Source: Deltaproteobacteria bacterium (lineage in GTDB: Bacteria; JAGRBM01; JAHCIT01). Taken from it: 64,000 nucleotides of DNA. The position numbers and the translations under genes are program-made. Where the stretch lies: NCBI GenBank assembly GCA_026129095.1, contig JAHCIT010000007.1, positions 62,001 through 126,000 on the forward strand. Reading direction: 5' to 3'. Positions 40,301 through 50,679 of the stretch are shown in pieces (positions within the stretch are counted from its first letter, which is position 1; each line of letters starts with the position of its first letter). The notes under the pieces are model-generated. The model was not told where the DNA came from, did not search any database, and was given only the letters and a program-made list of their open reading frames with translations.

Positions 40301-40883
40301 GGACCGGGCCATCCGCGAGAAGATCCTGCTACCCAAGGCTGTCTATGGCTTTTTTCCCGTCTGGTCAGACGGGGAATCGCTCGTGATTTTCGATCCCGTA
40401 GTTCCGACCCGGGAACTGGGCCGTTTCAGCTTTCCACGCCAGCCCGAAGGCGACCATCTCTGCCTGGCCGACTATTTTTCACCAAAGGATCGCGGCCAGA
40501 AGGATGTCCTTGCCCTTGATGTGGTAACTGTCGGCGACCGGGTAAGTGAAATCTGCAAGGAATATGACGCCAAAGGCGACTACTCGATGAGCCTCTACCT
40601 GCATGGACTGGGCGTACAGACCGCCGAGGCCATGGCTGAATGGGTACATCAGCGCGTGAAGGCTGATCTCGGTATTCCAGGCGGGCAACGATATTCGTTC
40701 GGCTACCCTGCCTGCCCCGATCTCACCCAGCAGGGCCTGCTGTTCAAACTGCTTGGTGCGGAACAGGCCATCGGGACCGTGCTTACCGAGGGTTTCCAGA
40801 TCGTTCCGGAAGCCTCTACAGCCGCTTTTATCGCCCACCACCCGGAAGCAAAATATTTCAGCGTCCGGGACGGAGTCGAATAG
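37392..40883 (+). CDS. metH: B12-dependent methionine synthase
   Basis: DGAMGT; GGCCGT; pterin domain; DVHDIGKN; RYSFGYPACP. Confidence 0.97.
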   Translation: MPPESRFLEALKSRVLVFDGAMGTMIQTYHLTKDDFGGRQGANDYLVLTRPDVIREIHAKYLEAGADVVETCTFQSTRPRLEEWGLGDNVAEINIRAAEIARAEADRFSTPDRPRFVAGSMGPTGFLPSSSDPSLSNITFDQLEEIFREQAEALARGGVDTFLIETSQDILEVKAAIAGCDRFRRESGRSDIPIMAQITLDPSGRMLLGTDAATALAILEELPIAVIGMNCSTGPHEMRESVRYLGENSSLPVSVIPNAGMPENIDGEAHYGLKPDALAHELRDFVGKHGISIVGGCCGTTPEHIRALSDSVRGLTPGKRPRFHLHVVASPIKPLRLDIDNPPVVVGERLNAQGSRKAKEMMLAKDIDALVTLGKEQVDDGAHMLDICTAMTEAPLEKELMLELARRLSQETDAPLMIDSTEADVIEAALKVIPGRVIVNSINLEGDGSRVRKIAPLIRKFGAVTVAMTIDDSDPEVRGMAKTAAHKLQVARKITDICTREYNLDRDQLVFDVLTFTLATGEAEFRRSATETIEGIRAVKKELPGVFTVLGVSNVSFGLTPPARRVLNSVFLYHCVQAGLDLAIVNAKEIIPYAEIPRDARDIAEDLVFDRADDALPRFIKHFEGAAGAPASDPRKAKIDPSLPVEQRIHEHILKRVKEGVIEALEEARTQKGYSPVDIINKILLPAMKDVGDRMATGEIILPFVLQSAEVMKRAVSHLEQFLDKDQSVTKGNVVLATVYGDVHDIGKNLVKTIWSNNGYTVHDLGKQVPLNTILAKAQEVGAVAIGLSALLVTTSKQMRFCVEELEKMGLPFVLIVGGAAINREYVARISITDGESPYRNGVFYSKDAFEGLRHLNAVADPEARVSYIGDNVRDNQQRYFQSLKRATSAKAHVGSAGKTSSIRRDAPVPIPPFWGSRVLGEIPLAEVFPLIDRKALFGHSWGVLKRKRSQEEYDRDIRETFEPLLRDLQDRAIREKILLPKAVYGFFPVWSDGESLVIFDPVVPTRELGRFSFPRQPEGDHLCLADYFSPKDRGQKDVLALDVVTVGDRVSEICKEYDAKGDYSMSLYLHGLGVQTAEAMAEWVHQRVKADLGIPGGQRYSFGYPACPDLTQQGLLFKLLGAEQAIGTVLTEGFQIVPEASTAAFIAHHPEAKYFSVRDGVE

Positions 40884-40886
40884 GCT

Positions 40887-41531
40887 TCATTTGGGCGTTT
40901 TCCTGGCGTCGGCCAGAAACTGTGCAAGACCCGTGTCGGTCAGCGGATGCCTGGCAAGCTGCTTGATGACCTTGAGTGGACAGGTAGCCACGTCGGCACC
41001 GATCATCGCTGATTGAAGCACATGAATCGGATGGCGGATCGACGCCGCCAGTATCTGTGTTCCGAAACCGTAATTGTCGTAAATTGTCCGGATCTGTCCG
41101 ATCAACTCCATGCCGTCCTGGGAGACGTCATCGAGACGGCCGATGAACGGGCTGATGTAGGTAGCCCCCACTTTTGCAGCCAGGAGTGCCTGGGTCGGTG
41201 AAAAACACAGGGTAACGTTGGTCTTGATCCCTTCAGCAGTAAATATCTTCGTGGCCTTGATCCCTTCCTCGATCAATGGAACTTTCACAACAATGTTCTT
41301 GTGGATCTTCGCCAGTTCGCGCCCTTCCGCCAGAATCCCGGCGCAATCAACAGCCGTCACCTCGGCGGAAATCGGCCCGTCCACCAGCTTTACAATGTCA
41401 TCCAGTACATCGCGGAACTTCCGGCCGGTTTTGGCAACGAGTGACGGATTGGTGGTCACGCCATCCAGTACACCCAGCGCATTGGCTTCCTTGATCTCCT
41501 CGATATCGGCCGTATCAACGAAAAACTTCAC
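40887..41531 (-). CDS. Transaldolase/fructose-6-phosphate aldolase family
   Basis: DTA; GVTTNPS; VVKVP; SPFIGR; AASIR. Confidence 0.95.
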   Translation of the reverse strand: MKFFVDTADIEEIKEANALGVLDGVTTNPSLVAKTGRKFRDVLDDIVKLVDGPISAEVTAVDCAGILAEGRELAKIHKNIVVKVPLIEEGIKATKIFTAEGIKTNVTLCFSPTQALLAAKVGATYISPFIGRLDDVSQDGMELIGQIRTIYDNYGFGTQILAASIRHPIHVLQSAMIGADVATCPLKVIKQLARHPLTDTGLAQFLADARKTPK

Positions 41532-41643
41532 GCATCATCCTCCCCGGCATCAGGCAAAAACCCGCTGGACATTGAGCCTATGGAGCAGAAGGCTCGCCCG
41601 CAAGCGTTCATCCGATTTTTTCCGAATACAGTTTTCCACAGTT

Positions 41644-42630
41644 TCAGTCGGAACTGCCGGGGGGCGGAGCCGGTGTGTTACCCCATTCAAGCGGCTTGTA
41701 CTGCAGCGCCGCGCTCAGGCTCACCATGAAGCGCGTGGCCAGGTAATCAGCGGCCTCAGCAGTCGGCAGCCACCCACCCGGCTGGTACGGACTCGGAATC
41801 TGCACGGAAAGCTGCTTGCCGCCTTCCTGCACCTGACATCGGGCGGCCCGTGCGATCTGGTCGGCCACATGCGTATGCAGGGCTGAATCCACAGGTACCA
41901 CTACAACGCATGGCAGCGGCAACGGAAAGTTCTTTGCCAGCGTCGACAGTTCATCAATCAAGGGCGCGAGTGTCTGGCTGTTTTCATGCAGATCCGTCCG
42001 TGACTGGCGGCGCCGATCACTCCAGTAACCCCAGCGGCCTGTGAGGCGGGATCTTAATGCGCCGCCCCAGTAAGCCAGCGTAGCATTACCTGCGGGCGGC
42101 CGAAGGTCGTCTTCCGAAAGGACAAGAACCCAGTCAAAGGGCTCGCCTTTCCGGATCTGGTGCAGCAGTCTTTCCAGTGAAAGGCGGACGTTGTAACCCG
42201 GCACACCGGCATTGTGCACCCGGATCTGTTCATTGTAGGCACGAAAGTAGGCGACGCCCACATGTGCCGGAAATGTTTCGGCTGCTTCGAGACCCTCGCC
42301 AAACACCCACTCATCTCCAAACACGAACAGCCGATGAGTTACGCCGGTTTCTGTTTCTTCCGGACCCACACGGAAACCTTCGCCATCGGTAATGATCCGT
42401 ACAGGCTTTCTTCGCCTGGTAAACCCCTCAAATTGCATATCCAGATAGGGCTGGACTGCAAACCGGTATGACCGGTCCGGCTTGATCCGAAGCAGCCGCT
42501 CCTCAGGTCGCGGAGGAAGCCCGAGTCCGGCAAGCCATTCGGCTACGCCCCAAAGCAATACAATCGATGCAATCACCGCTGGCACGATGCGGCGGCGACT
42601 GGTTCTCTGCGGCACAACCACTTCAGTCAC
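41644..42630 (-). CDS. Membrane-anchored degenerate SGNH/GDSL-fold protein
   Basis: TM; GFR; FGDEWVFG; NAGVPGY. Confidence 0.65.
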   Translation of the reverse strand: MTEVVVPQRTSRRRIVPAVIASIVLLWGVAEWLAGLGLPPRPEERLLRIKPDRSYRFAVQPYLDMQFEGFTRRRKPVRIITDGEGFRVGPEETETGVTHRLFVFGDEWVFGEGLEAAETFPAHVGVAYFRAYNEQIRVHNAGVPGYNVRLSLERLLHQIRKGEPFDWVLVLSEDDLRPPAGNATLAYWGGALRSRLTGRWGYWSDRRRQSRTDLHENSQTLAPLIDELSTLAKNFPLPLPCVVVVPVDSALHTHVADQIARAARCQVQEGGKQLSVQIPSPYQPGGWLPTAEAADYLATRFMVSLSAALQYKPLEWGNTPAPPPGSSD

Positions 42631-42632
42631 CG

Positions 42633-44516
42633 CTACCGGAGCGCACCCTGCTGGTGAAGGTAAACCATGAGCACATTGATGGCTGCAGGCGTAATGCCTG
42701 ATATCCGGCTGGCTTGGCCGAGCGAGCGCGGGCGGATTCCAGACAGCTTCTGCCGGACCTCGGTCGAAAGCCCGCGGATTCCGGCATAGTCGATCCCGTC
42801 GGGAATAATGACGTCCTCATACCGGCGCGACCGTTCGACCTGTCCTTCCTGCAATTTCAGATAACCGCGGTAGGTCGCCTCGACTTCAAGGGCTGTCTCC
42901 ACCCACCGGCGGCCGGCCCCATCCAGATGACCGAGCGCATCCTCGAAATCGTCAACCAGCGCCACTGTCCTGCGGTAGTCAAACTCCTCCCGCCGGAGCA
43001 CGTCCCAGAGTGTCTGGGGCTTGCGGATATCAGCCGCGCCCAGTTCGCGGAACTGCCGCCGTATTTTTTCGCTCGGCGTGATTACAGTACGTTCCAGCCG
43101 GGCTGTCTCACGCTCCAACGCATCGCGCTTCCGGAGAAACTGCTCCCATTGGGCATCACCGACCGTTCCCAGTTTATGGCCGATTTCGGTCAGCCGCAGC
43201 TCCGCATTGTCCTCCCGGAGCAAGAGACGGTATTCGGCCCGGGATGTGAACATTCGATATGGCTCGTCCACGCCACGCGTCACGAGGTCATCAGCCATGA
43301 CACCGAGGTAAGCCTGATCGCGGCGGAGGACCAGCGGATCGTCCCCCCGGACATACTGGGCGGCGTTGATACCGGCGAGAATACCCTGACCGGCTGCTTC
43401 CTCATAACCCGAAGTGCCGTTGATCTGTCCGGCATGGAACAGCCCCGGAACCTTTTTTACCTCGTAAGTGGCCTTCAGTTCCGTCGGTGGCACGTAGTCA
43501 TACTCAACCGCATAGCCCCAGCGAACGACTTCCACATTCTCAAGACCGGGGATAGTACGCAGGAACCGTAGCTGCACATCGGCTGGCAGCGAGGTTGAAA
43601 GGCCGTTCGGATAGACCTCAATGGTATCGAGCCCGTCTGGCTCCAGGAATATCTGGTGACGGTCCTTGTCACGGAACCGCACTACCTTGTCCTCGATCGA
43701 AGGGCAGTATCTGGGCCCGATGCCCTTGATTACCCCTGTATAAAGCGGTGACTCATCCAGCCCGCCCATGATCTCCTGATGGGTCAGTTCATTGGTATAA
43801 GTAATCCAGCAGGGAAGCTGATCCCGGTCAATCCGGTCCGTCATGGCCGAAAAGGGCCGGGGGGGAATGTCGCCATCCTGACGCTCCAGAACGGCATAGT
43901 TGATCGTCCGGGTATCGAGCCGGGGGCAGGTACCAGTCTTAAGCCGTCCCACGGGGAGCCCCAGTTCCCTCAGTGAATCCGACAGCGTCCGGCAGGGTTC
44001 ATCACCCACACGGCCGCCACCTGTCTGCTGGCCACCGGTATGCATGAGGCCGTTAAGAAATGTCCCGGTCGTGACGACAACTGCGCTGGAGGCGAACGTC
44101 TCCCCGGCTTCGGTTTCCACGCCGGAAATCCTGCCGCCCCGTGTGATCAGGCGGCTCACCATCGCCTCACGTACCGTCACGTGCGGCTCGCCAGCGAGCC
44201 GCCGGGTCATTTCGTAATTATAGAGCTTGCGGCAACACTGGGCCCGAGAGCCCCAGACCGCCGGACCTTTGGAAAGGTTGAGCGTCCGGAATTGTATTCC
44301 GGCTGCATCAGTAGCGCGGGCCATCTCGCCGCCCAGTGCGTCGATCTCCTTGACGAGATGCCCCTTGCCCAGGCCGCCGATGGCCGGATTACAGCTCATC
44401 AGGCCAATCCGGTCCTTTCGTGATGTGATGACCAGGACGTTCAAGCCCATGCGGGCTGGCGCAAGTGCTGCCTCAATCCCCGCATGGCCGGCCCCTATGA
44501 CAATGACATCGAACAT
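42633..44516 (-). CDS. mnmG: tRNA U34 modification enzyme MnmG (GidA)
   Basis: [36 protein letters not shown]. Confidence 0.98.
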   Translation of the reverse strand: MFDVIVIGAGHAGIEAALAPARMGLNVLVITSRKDRIGLMSCNPAIGGLGKGHLVKEIDALGGEMARATDAAGIQFRTLNLSKGPAVWGSRAQCCRKLYNYEMTRRLAGEPHVTVREAMVSRLITRGGRISGVETEAGETFASSAVVVTTGTFLNGLMHTGGQQTGGGRVGDEPCRTLSDSLRELGLPVGRLKTGTCPRLDTRTINYAVLERQDGDIPPRPFSAMTDRIDRDQLPCWITYTNELTHQEIMGGLDESPLYTGVIKGIGPRYCPSIEDKVVRFRDKDRHQIFLEPDGLDTIEVYPNGLSTSLPADVQLRFLRTIPGLENVEVVRWGYAVEYDYVPPTELKATYEVKKVPGLFHAGQINGTSGYEEAAGQGILAGINAAQYVRGDDPLVLRRDQAYLGVMADDLVTRGVDEPYRMFTSRAEYRLLLREDNAELRLTEIGHKLGTVGDAQWEQFLRKRDALERETARLERTVITPSEKIRRQFRELGAADIRKPQTLWDVLRREEFDYRRTVALVDDFEDALGHLDGAGRRWVETALEVEATYRGYLKLQEGQVERSRRYEDVIIPDGIDYAGIRGLSTEVRQKLSGIRPRSLGQASRISGITPAAINVLMVYLHQQGALR

Positions 44517-44576
44517 CGGCCCTTAAGGTTCACAATGCCGTCAGGCGGGTCAAGCTGACAGGAAACCGGTCATCCC

Positions 44577-45389
44577 CTATGGAATTTCCGGCGAGGGGGG
44601 TATTTCCTGCGGGTTTGCCGGGCCCGAAGGAGGAGGTGCTGGCTGCTTGAACGGACCAAAGTCGGGAGCATTGGGGTCCGGCAGTGGCTCTTCGGGAATT
44701 GGATCGGGGTTTACCTGCCCCGGCTTCGGCGCAGGCTGCCTGGGTTCAGCCTTCCGGGGCTGCTCGCCCTCTTCAGACGGGGCGGGAGTCGAGTGCTGGA
44801 TGCCCTCCCCAACCGGCCCCAAGGGGGCCGGGAGTGGTTCGCTCCCCGCTGGCAGAATCCGCAGGGTTGCGTCCTCGTTCTCAACCGCCCTCCGGGCCTC
44901 ATCACGGCGCTCCTGCTCACGACGTTCAGCCTCCAATTGGGCCTCGGTCTTGGCCTTGCTCGGAAGCTGCGAAGCGAACCGGAATGTGTAGATGATTCGC
45001 GTACGCGGGCAATCACACTCGGGGAACCTCATGCGGTTGACCAGCCGCATGAACTCGTCCTCGAAATCCTTCAGAACATAGTCTCGCTCGATCATGGTAA
45101 CCGATTCAACGTCACCATCCGGTGAAATGACCAGATCAAGCCGGTAGAAGTTCATGAAATGCGGGTAGTCGGCTTGCACCCGGAAATAGAGATCACGAAA
45201 TGGCTGGGCCTGTTCCTGAATTGCCTTTTCAATCGCTTCAAAGCTGCGCGGCCCGGTGATGTGCTTTGAATAGGGCGTGACGATCTGAAGCTTGCGGGAT
45301 GCACAAGAGGCACTGGCGAGCAGCAACAGGACAAGACCGAGCAAACTGCCAGCACGGCGCAAGGAAATGAAGTAAGTTACTTTATTCAC
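44577..45389 (-). CDS. Lipoprotein with TonB-C/AgmX-PglI-like domain and Pro-rich tail
   Basis: SASC lipobox; LVISPDGDV...MRFP...YTFRF. Confidence 0.6.
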   Translation of the reverse strand: MNKVTYFISLRRAGSLLGLVLLLLASASCASRKLQIVTPYSKHITGPRSFEAIEKAIQEQAQPFRDLYFRVQADYPHFMNFYRLDLVISPDGDVESVTMIERDYVLKDFEDEFMRLVNRMRFPECDCPRTRIIYTFRFASQLPSKAKTEAQLEAERREQERRDEARRAVENEDATLRILPAGSEPLPAPLGPVGEGIQHSTPAPSEEGEQPRKAEPRQPAPKPGQVNPDPIPEEPLPDPNAPDFGPFKQPAPPPSGPANPQEIPPSPEIP

Positions 45390-45476
45390 GCCTGCATGGT
45401 GTCCAAAACCGTCCAAACCGTCAAGCGGGTATTTCCGAATGAGCGGGATTTAATGGGGATATGTGGAAAGGCCGCC

Positions 45477-45887
45477 CTACCGGATCGAAACCACTTCGAT
45501 TCCGTCTGGAGTGCTGCGAAGAAGAAACCGGATGGGATCGTCCGGATCCTTTTCAACGATGAGTTCGTCCGCCACGAACACCCCGTCCAGACCCGTTCCA
45601 AAATGCCGCTTGCCGTGACATTCCACGATGATGTCCCCCACAGGCACCATTTTGCCGCCCCGGTACGGAAGCAGCCGGACCCGATACCCGGCCCCCGGAA
45701 GGCAGTTATCTGGCCAGTGGTTTGGGCTGATCTGGACTTCCAGTTCGACTCGGCCCCGCCGTTTCATGTCTGCCGCCGCATCCCGCAACTGGTAGCGGAT
45801 ACGGGTAGCCATGTCGCTCACAAGCGTTTCGCATCCGGTCGCCATAAAGAAGCAAGCAAGGGCGACAACGGACGCGGCTTTACGCAT
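45477..45887 (-). CDS. Hypothetical lipoprotein
   Basis: ATGC lipobox; directly follows hscA. Confidence 0.6.
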   Translation of the reverse strand: MRKAASVVALACFFMATGCETLVSDMATRIRYQLRDAAADMKRRGRVELEVQISPNHWPDNCLPGAGYRVRLLPYRGGKMVPVGDIIVECHGKRHFGTGLDGVFVADELIVEKDPDDPIRFLLRSTPDGIEVVSIR

Positions 45888-45889
45888 GG

Positions 45890-47839
45890 TCAATTTGCCG
45901 GCTTTGGGGGAGTCCCTTGAGCCACTGCATGGCCGCCCAGTTCGTCTGCTTCCTTCACAAGCCTGGAACTGGCGAGCGCAGTGGCTTCCTGCCCGCCGAG
46001 TGCGTCCTGGATGGATGTGTTAATAAGTTCTTCCGCAAGTCCATGCGTGGCGAGATCAAGTTCGTCTACCATCGCCTGGAGAACCGCCCGGTCATTGCCC
46101 TGCAGGGCCGCTTTCACGGTCATCAGCGCCTGCTGGACTCGCTGCATCTCGGATTGCGAGAGCCGGACACCGCCCTTAGACAGCGCCTTCTCGGTAGCCC
46201 GGACCATTGTCTCCGCCTCGACTTTCAGCTCCACAAGCTGCCGTATTTCAAGATCCTCCTGCGCATGGGTGATAGATTCCGTGAGCATCCTCTCAATGGT
46301 ATTCTCGTCGAGCCCTGAAGCGGGCTCCACTTGGATTTGCGCCGCCCGGCCAGTACGTAACTCCTTGGCAGTAACTTTCAGGATGCCGTTGGCGTCCACG
46401 AGGAAAGACACCTCGATCCGGGGAACCCCGGCGGGAAGCGGGGGGAGATCGCTCAGCTCGAATTTTCCCAGAAGCCGGCAGTCTTGGACCAGTTCACGCT
46501 CGCCCTGGTAGATATTGATCGCTACCCTCGTCTGCCCATCCACGAATGTCGTGAAGTTCTCTTTCGCCAGGGACGGGATGGTCGTGTTCCGGTGGATCAG
46601 TTTGGCCATCGCACCGCCCATTGTCTCGATTCCGAGCGAGAGCGGGATAACATCCAGCAGCAGCAGGTCATCCCGGCCTCCGGACAGGATCTCGCCCTGC
46701 ACGGCCGCCCCAAGCGCAACCACCGCCTCGGGATTCAGTTCCGTATGCGGTTTGCGGCCAAAAACATCCTCGACGAATTTCCGTACGAGCGGGACACGGG
46801 TGGACCCGCCCACCAGCACTACTTCGTCAATTTCCTTGGGGCTCACCCCGGCATCATTCATGGCCGCCCGCACAATCACGCCAGTACGCTCCACGATCGG
46901 CCGGATCACCGCCTCGAACTGGCTGCGCGAAACGGTCTGCCGGTAACTGAAATCGCCGGTTTTCACTTCAAAAACCGCGCCCTGCTCGTCCGACAGCCTG
47001 ATTTTCACGCGTTCGCATTCGGCAGCAAGCACGGCACGTCCAACGGCCGTATCCAGCAGATTCCGGCCCGTTTCACGCTCACACTCCTCATTGATCCACC
47101 GGGCAAAGGCATTGTCGAAGTCATCTCCGCCCAGCTGAGTGTCGCCGTTGGTCGCCTTCACCTCGAACACCCCGTCCCGGAGATTCAGGATGGAGATATC
47201 AAAAGTCCCGCCACCCAGATCATAAACGGCAATGAGGCCCTGTTTTTTCTTGTCCAGGCCATAGGCGAGCGCGGCTGCTGTCGGCTCGTTGATGATACGG
47301 ATGACATTGAGCCCCGCAATCTCCCCGGCAATCTTCGTCGCCTGCCTCTGGCTGTCGTTAAAATAGGCCGGGACCGTAATGACGGCATCTTCCACCGGCA
47401 GCTTGAGGACAGATTCGGCACGGTCCTTCAGTTCAGCAAGAATGAGCGAGGACGCCTCCACAGGATTCAGCTTCCGGCCTCCGACGACAAAATTGACCAT
47501 CTCCTTGTCCGTCGGCTCGACCGAATAGGGAAGCTGCTTCGCTATCTCTTTGACTTCCTCATAGCGTTTCCCCATGAACCGCTTCACCGAAAACAGCGTC
47601 AGTTCGGGATTCAGGATCCGCTGTGCCCGCGCCCGTTCACCGACCATGATCCCGTCACCCGTGAAGGCGATCATGGAAGGCAGCAGCGGATGCCCGTCAC
47701 AGTCTACGAGTATGCGCGGTCCGCCCTGATCGGAAACCGCCACAAGGCTGTTCGTCGTTCCAAGGTCAATGCCTACAACCGGGGCCTTTTCCTTCTTGCC
47801 CTTGATGGCCGACATGTCGATCATGATGGGACGGGCCAT
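45890..47839 (-). CDS. hscA: Fe-S assembly Hsp70 chaperone HscA
   Basis: GIDLGTTNS; DLGGGTFD; LGIETMGG; isc context. Confidence 0.92.
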   Translation of the reverse strand: MARPIMIDMSAIKGKKEKAPVVGIDLGTTNSLVAVSDQGGPRILVDCDGHPLLPSMIAFTGDGIMVGERARAQRILNPELTLFSVKRFMGKRYEEVKEIAKQLPYSVEPTDKEMVNFVVGGRKLNPVEASSLILAELKDRAESVLKLPVEDAVITVPAYFNDSQRQATKIAGEIAGLNVIRIINEPTAAALAYGLDKKKQGLIAVYDLGGGTFDISILNLRDGVFEVKATNGDTQLGGDDFDNAFARWINEECERETGRNLLDTAVGRAVLAAECERVKIRLSDEQGAVFEVKTGDFSYRQTVSRSQFEAVIRPIVERTGVIVRAAMNDAGVSPKEIDEVVLVGGSTRVPLVRKFVEDVFGRKPHTELNPEAVVALGAAVQGEILSGGRDDLLLLDVIPLSLGIETMGGAMAKLIHRNTTIPSLAKENFTTFVDGQTRVAINIYQGERELVQDCRLLGKFELSDLPPLPAGVPRIEVSFLVDANGILKVTAKELRTGRAAQIQVEPASGLDENTIERMLTESITHAQEDLEIRQLVELKVEAETMVRATEKALSKGGVRLSQSEMQRVQQALMTVKAALQGNDRAVLQAMVDELDLATHGLAEELINTSIQDALGGQEATALASSRLVKEADELGGHAVAQGTPPKPAN

Positions 47840-47862
47840 TCAGTAAACCTCTATCCGGCTTT

Positions 47863-48561
47863 TCAGCCGGCCTTTTGTGTGAGCCGTGCGATATCCTCGC
47901 GCATCCGGTACAAGTACTGACGCACCTGCCGTATCTGCGCCAGTTCCGCATGAATCGATTTGCGGAGATCCAGTGCCCCAGCTCGCCTGCCGGGATCATG
48001 CAGACCGTGTTCGTGCCAGCGCCGAACGACACGATCAACTGCTTCCTGGTTTCCGGTTTCGCTGGCTGCCAGCCGTGTCTCAAACGCCTGGAGCGCCGCT
48101 TTCGCCTCCACGCCACCTTCCATCAGGGCCTCCTGAAGCTCGAAGTAGTCCTCAGCGAGTTCCGCCGGAACCTGCCCTTTTGCCGCCGTCTTCCCCGCCT
48201 CCAGCCCCAGTTCCTTCCCTTCCAGGACAAGCAGGTAATCCAGACGGCTATCCGGGTTCCGGAGTGTCCGGTAAGCGTCATTCACCAGCGCCGAGCGATG
48301 CATGGCATTTTCGAGCTGCCCGGGCTTCCGGGTATAGCGGTCCGGATGCAACCGTCGCGACAGCTCGTAAAACCGTTTCTCACCCTGCTTCGTATCGAAG
48401 TCAGGCGACCGGGGAACCCCCATGACCGTAAAATAGTCCTCATCGCCCCGGAGCGGCTGCACGGCTTCACAGGATGGACAGAACGCGTCGCTGCCGGCGA
48501 CCGAATGGCCGCAGAACTCACAGGCATACAGGACCGTCTCGTGGTTAGTTGATGGCCTCAT
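47863..48561 (-). CDS. hscB: Co-chaperone HscB with N-terminal tetracysteine domain
   Basis: CEFC...CPSC; HPD; N.AY.TL. Confidence 0.9.
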   Translation of the reverse strand: MRPSTNHETVLYACEFCGHSVAGSDAFCPSCEAVQPLRGDEDYFTVMGVPRSPDFDTKQGEKRFYELSRRLHPDRYTRKPGQLENAMHRSALVNDAYRTLRNPDSRLDYLLVLEGKELGLEAGKTAAKGQVPAELAEDYFELQEALMEGGVEAKAALQAFETRLAASETGNQEAVDRVVRRWHEHGLHDPGRRAGALDLRKSIHAELAQIRQVRQYLYRMREDIARLTQKAG

Positions 48562-48592
48562 TGGAAAGACGGCCGGCGAACCACACTTCTCC

Positions 48593-48928
48593 CTATGCCG
48601 CGAACGATTCGCCGCAACTGCAGTTCTTGCTGGCATTGGGGTTATTGAAAACAAAACCGGAACCTTCGAGTCCATCCGTATAATCGAGCTGAATCCCCTG
48701 AAGGTAGAGAGAACTCTTGGGGTCAATGAATACCTTGAAGGCACCGGTATCCTGAACCCGGTCATAGGCACCAGGCTCCTTCTCGAATGCCAACCGGTAA
48801 CTCATTCCCGAGCAGCCACCCCCGACAACAGCCACCCTCAGACCGGCCGCACCGATCTGCTCCTTTTCCATGAGCCGCTGGACCTGCTGCACGGCCTGGT
48901 CGGTCAGGGTGATAATCTGGTCGCTCAT
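48593..48928 (-). CDS. iscA: A-type Fe-S carrier IscA
   Basis: GGCSG; CSCGESF. Confidence 0.93.
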   Translation of the reverse strand: MSDQIITLTDQAVQQVQRLMEKEQIGAAGLRVAVVGGGCSGMSYRLAFEKEPGAYDRVQDTGAFKVFIDPKSSLYLQGIQLDYTDGLEGSGFVFNNPNASKNCSCGESFAA

Positions 48929-48936
48929 CGCCCGTC

Positions 48937-49335
48937 TCAACTTTCCTTCTTGGTATCCTGACCCTGTTTCTTCAGGTAGTCGTTGATAGCGGCCTTGATG
49001 GCGTCCTCGGCCAGCACCGAGCAATGGATCTTCACCGGCGGCAGTGCCAGTTCATTCACGATATCGGTGTTCTTGATCTTGAGCGCATCGTCCACGGTCT
49101 TGCCCTTCACCCACTCGGTTGCAAGCGAGCTGCTGGCGATGGCGCTCCCGCAACCGAAGGTCTTGAACTTGGCATCCTCAATCCGGCCGTCTTTCACCTT
49201 GATCTGCAGTTTCATGACGTCACCGCATTCAGGCGCGCCGACGACACCCGTGCCGACGTTGTCGTCACCCTTGTCCAGGGCGCCCATATTCCGGGGGTTT
49301 TCGAAGTGGTCAATTACCTTGCTGCTGTATGCCAT
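48937..49335 (-). CDS. iscU: Fe-S scaffold IscU
   Basis: CGD; FGCGSA; LPPVKIHC. Confidence 0.97.
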   Translation of the reverse strand: MAYSSKVIDHFENPRNMGALDKGDDNVGTGVVGAPECGDVMKLQIKVKDGRIEDAKFKTFGCGSAIASSSLATEWVKGKTVDDALKIKNTDIVNELALPPVKIHCSVLAEDAIKAAINDYLKKQGQDTKKES

Positions 49336-49379
49336 ATGCAATTCTCTTTCTTTGGCGTCACCTTAATATGGGTCGGAAC

Positions 49380-50624
49380 TCAATGGGCTGCCCACTGCAC
49401 CGACTTCAGATCAATCCCTTCCTTGTGCATCTCGTACAATGGCGAAAGATCCCTCAGCCGCCGCACGGCGCGGATCACTTCGTCCATCACAAAATCCGTT
49501 TCCGCTTCGGTCGTAAAACGGCCCAGGCCGAACCGGATGGATGTATGGGCGAGTTCTTCTCCCACGCCGAGCGCACGGAGCACGTAACTCGGCTCCAGAC
49601 TGGCCGACGTACAGGCTGAACCCGAACTCACCGCCACATTCTTGATCGCCATCATCATCGATTCGCCTTCCACGAAGGCGAACGAAATGTTCAGGTTGTT
49701 CGGTAGCCGGTGGACTGGATGGCCGTTCAGGTAGATCTCGTCCAGTTCCTTGCGGAAACCATCCCACATCCGGTCCCGAAGCTTGCGGAGCCGTCCGCTC
49801 TCTTCTTCCCACACCTGTGCCGCCTTGGCCGCAGATGCACCAAAACCCACAATGCCCGGCACATTCAGCGTTCCCGACCGGATGCCACGCTCGTGACCGC
49901 CGCCATGAATGACCGGCGCGACGCGCACACGGGGGTTGCGACGCCGGACATAGAGGGCACCCACGCCCTTGGGGCCATACATCTTGTGGGCCGAGAGCGA
50001 CATGAGATCAATGCCCATCTGCTGGACATCGACCCTGACCTTGCCGATCGCCTGCACAGCATCGGTATGGAAGATAACGCCCTTTTCCTTGCAGAGCCGC
50101 CCAATCGCCTCGATATCCTGAATCGTGCCGATCTCGTTGTTGGCGAAGATCACCGAAACCAGGATCGTGTCCTTGCGGATTGCCCCCGCGAGCTGCTCCA
50201 GCGAAATGCGTCCGGTGGAATCGACATCGAGGTAGGTCACCTCGAAACCCTTTTTCTCTAGGTATTTGCACGGATCAAGCACCGCCTTGTGCTCGATCTT
50301 CGTAGTAATGATGTGCTTGCCCTTCTCGCCATACATCTCGGCGGTGCCCAGCACGGCAATGTTGTCCGACTCGGTCGCCCCGGAGGTGAATATGATTTCC
50401 TTCGGGTCGGCCCCTACCAAGGCGGCAATTTCGCCGCGGGCCTTTTCGACGGCAGCCTCGGCGGCCCATCCGTATGCATGGCTACGGCTTGCCGCGTTGC
50501 CGAACTCCTCGGTGAAATACGGCAGCATCACCTTGAGCACATCGGGATCAACAGGCGTCGTTGCGTGGTAGTCCATGTAGACCGGCACGCGAACCCCGTT
50601 TTCCAGTGTCTTCATCTCCGGCAT
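49380..50624 (-). CDS. iscS: Cysteine desulfurase IscS
   Basis: [25 protein letters not shown]-terminus. Confidence 0.97.
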   Translation of the reverse strand: MPEMKTLENGVRVPVYMDYHATTPVDPDVLKVMLPYFTEEFGNAASRSHAYGWAAEAAVEKARGEIAALVGADPKEIIFTSGATESDNIAVLGTAEMYGEKGKHIITTKIEHKAVLDPCKYLEKKGFEVTYLDVDSTGRISLEQLAGAIRKDTILVSVIFANNEIGTIQDIEAIGRLCKEKGVIFHTDAVQAIGKVRVDVQQMGIDLMSLSAHKMYGPKGVGALYVRRRNPRVRVAPVIHGGGHERGIRSGTLNVPGIVGFGASAAKAAQVWEEESGRLRKLRDRMWDGFRKELDEIYLNGHPVHRLPNNLNISFAFVEGESMMMAIKNVAVSSGSACTSASLEPSYVLRALGVGEELAHTSIRFGLGRFTTEAETDFVMDEVIRAVRRLRDLSPLYEMHKEGIDLKSVQWAAH

Positions 50625-50679
50625 GAGTCCAAAATCACCTTTCGCTGGCTGTCCCTGCTGGACGTCCGAAAACCCAAAA

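Noticed and set aside
41632-41640. DnaA boxes or oriC near mnmG (TTTTCCACA; also at 15081-15089)
   Set aside because: Isolated single boxes with no cluster, no unwinding element, and no dnaA or parAB nearby.
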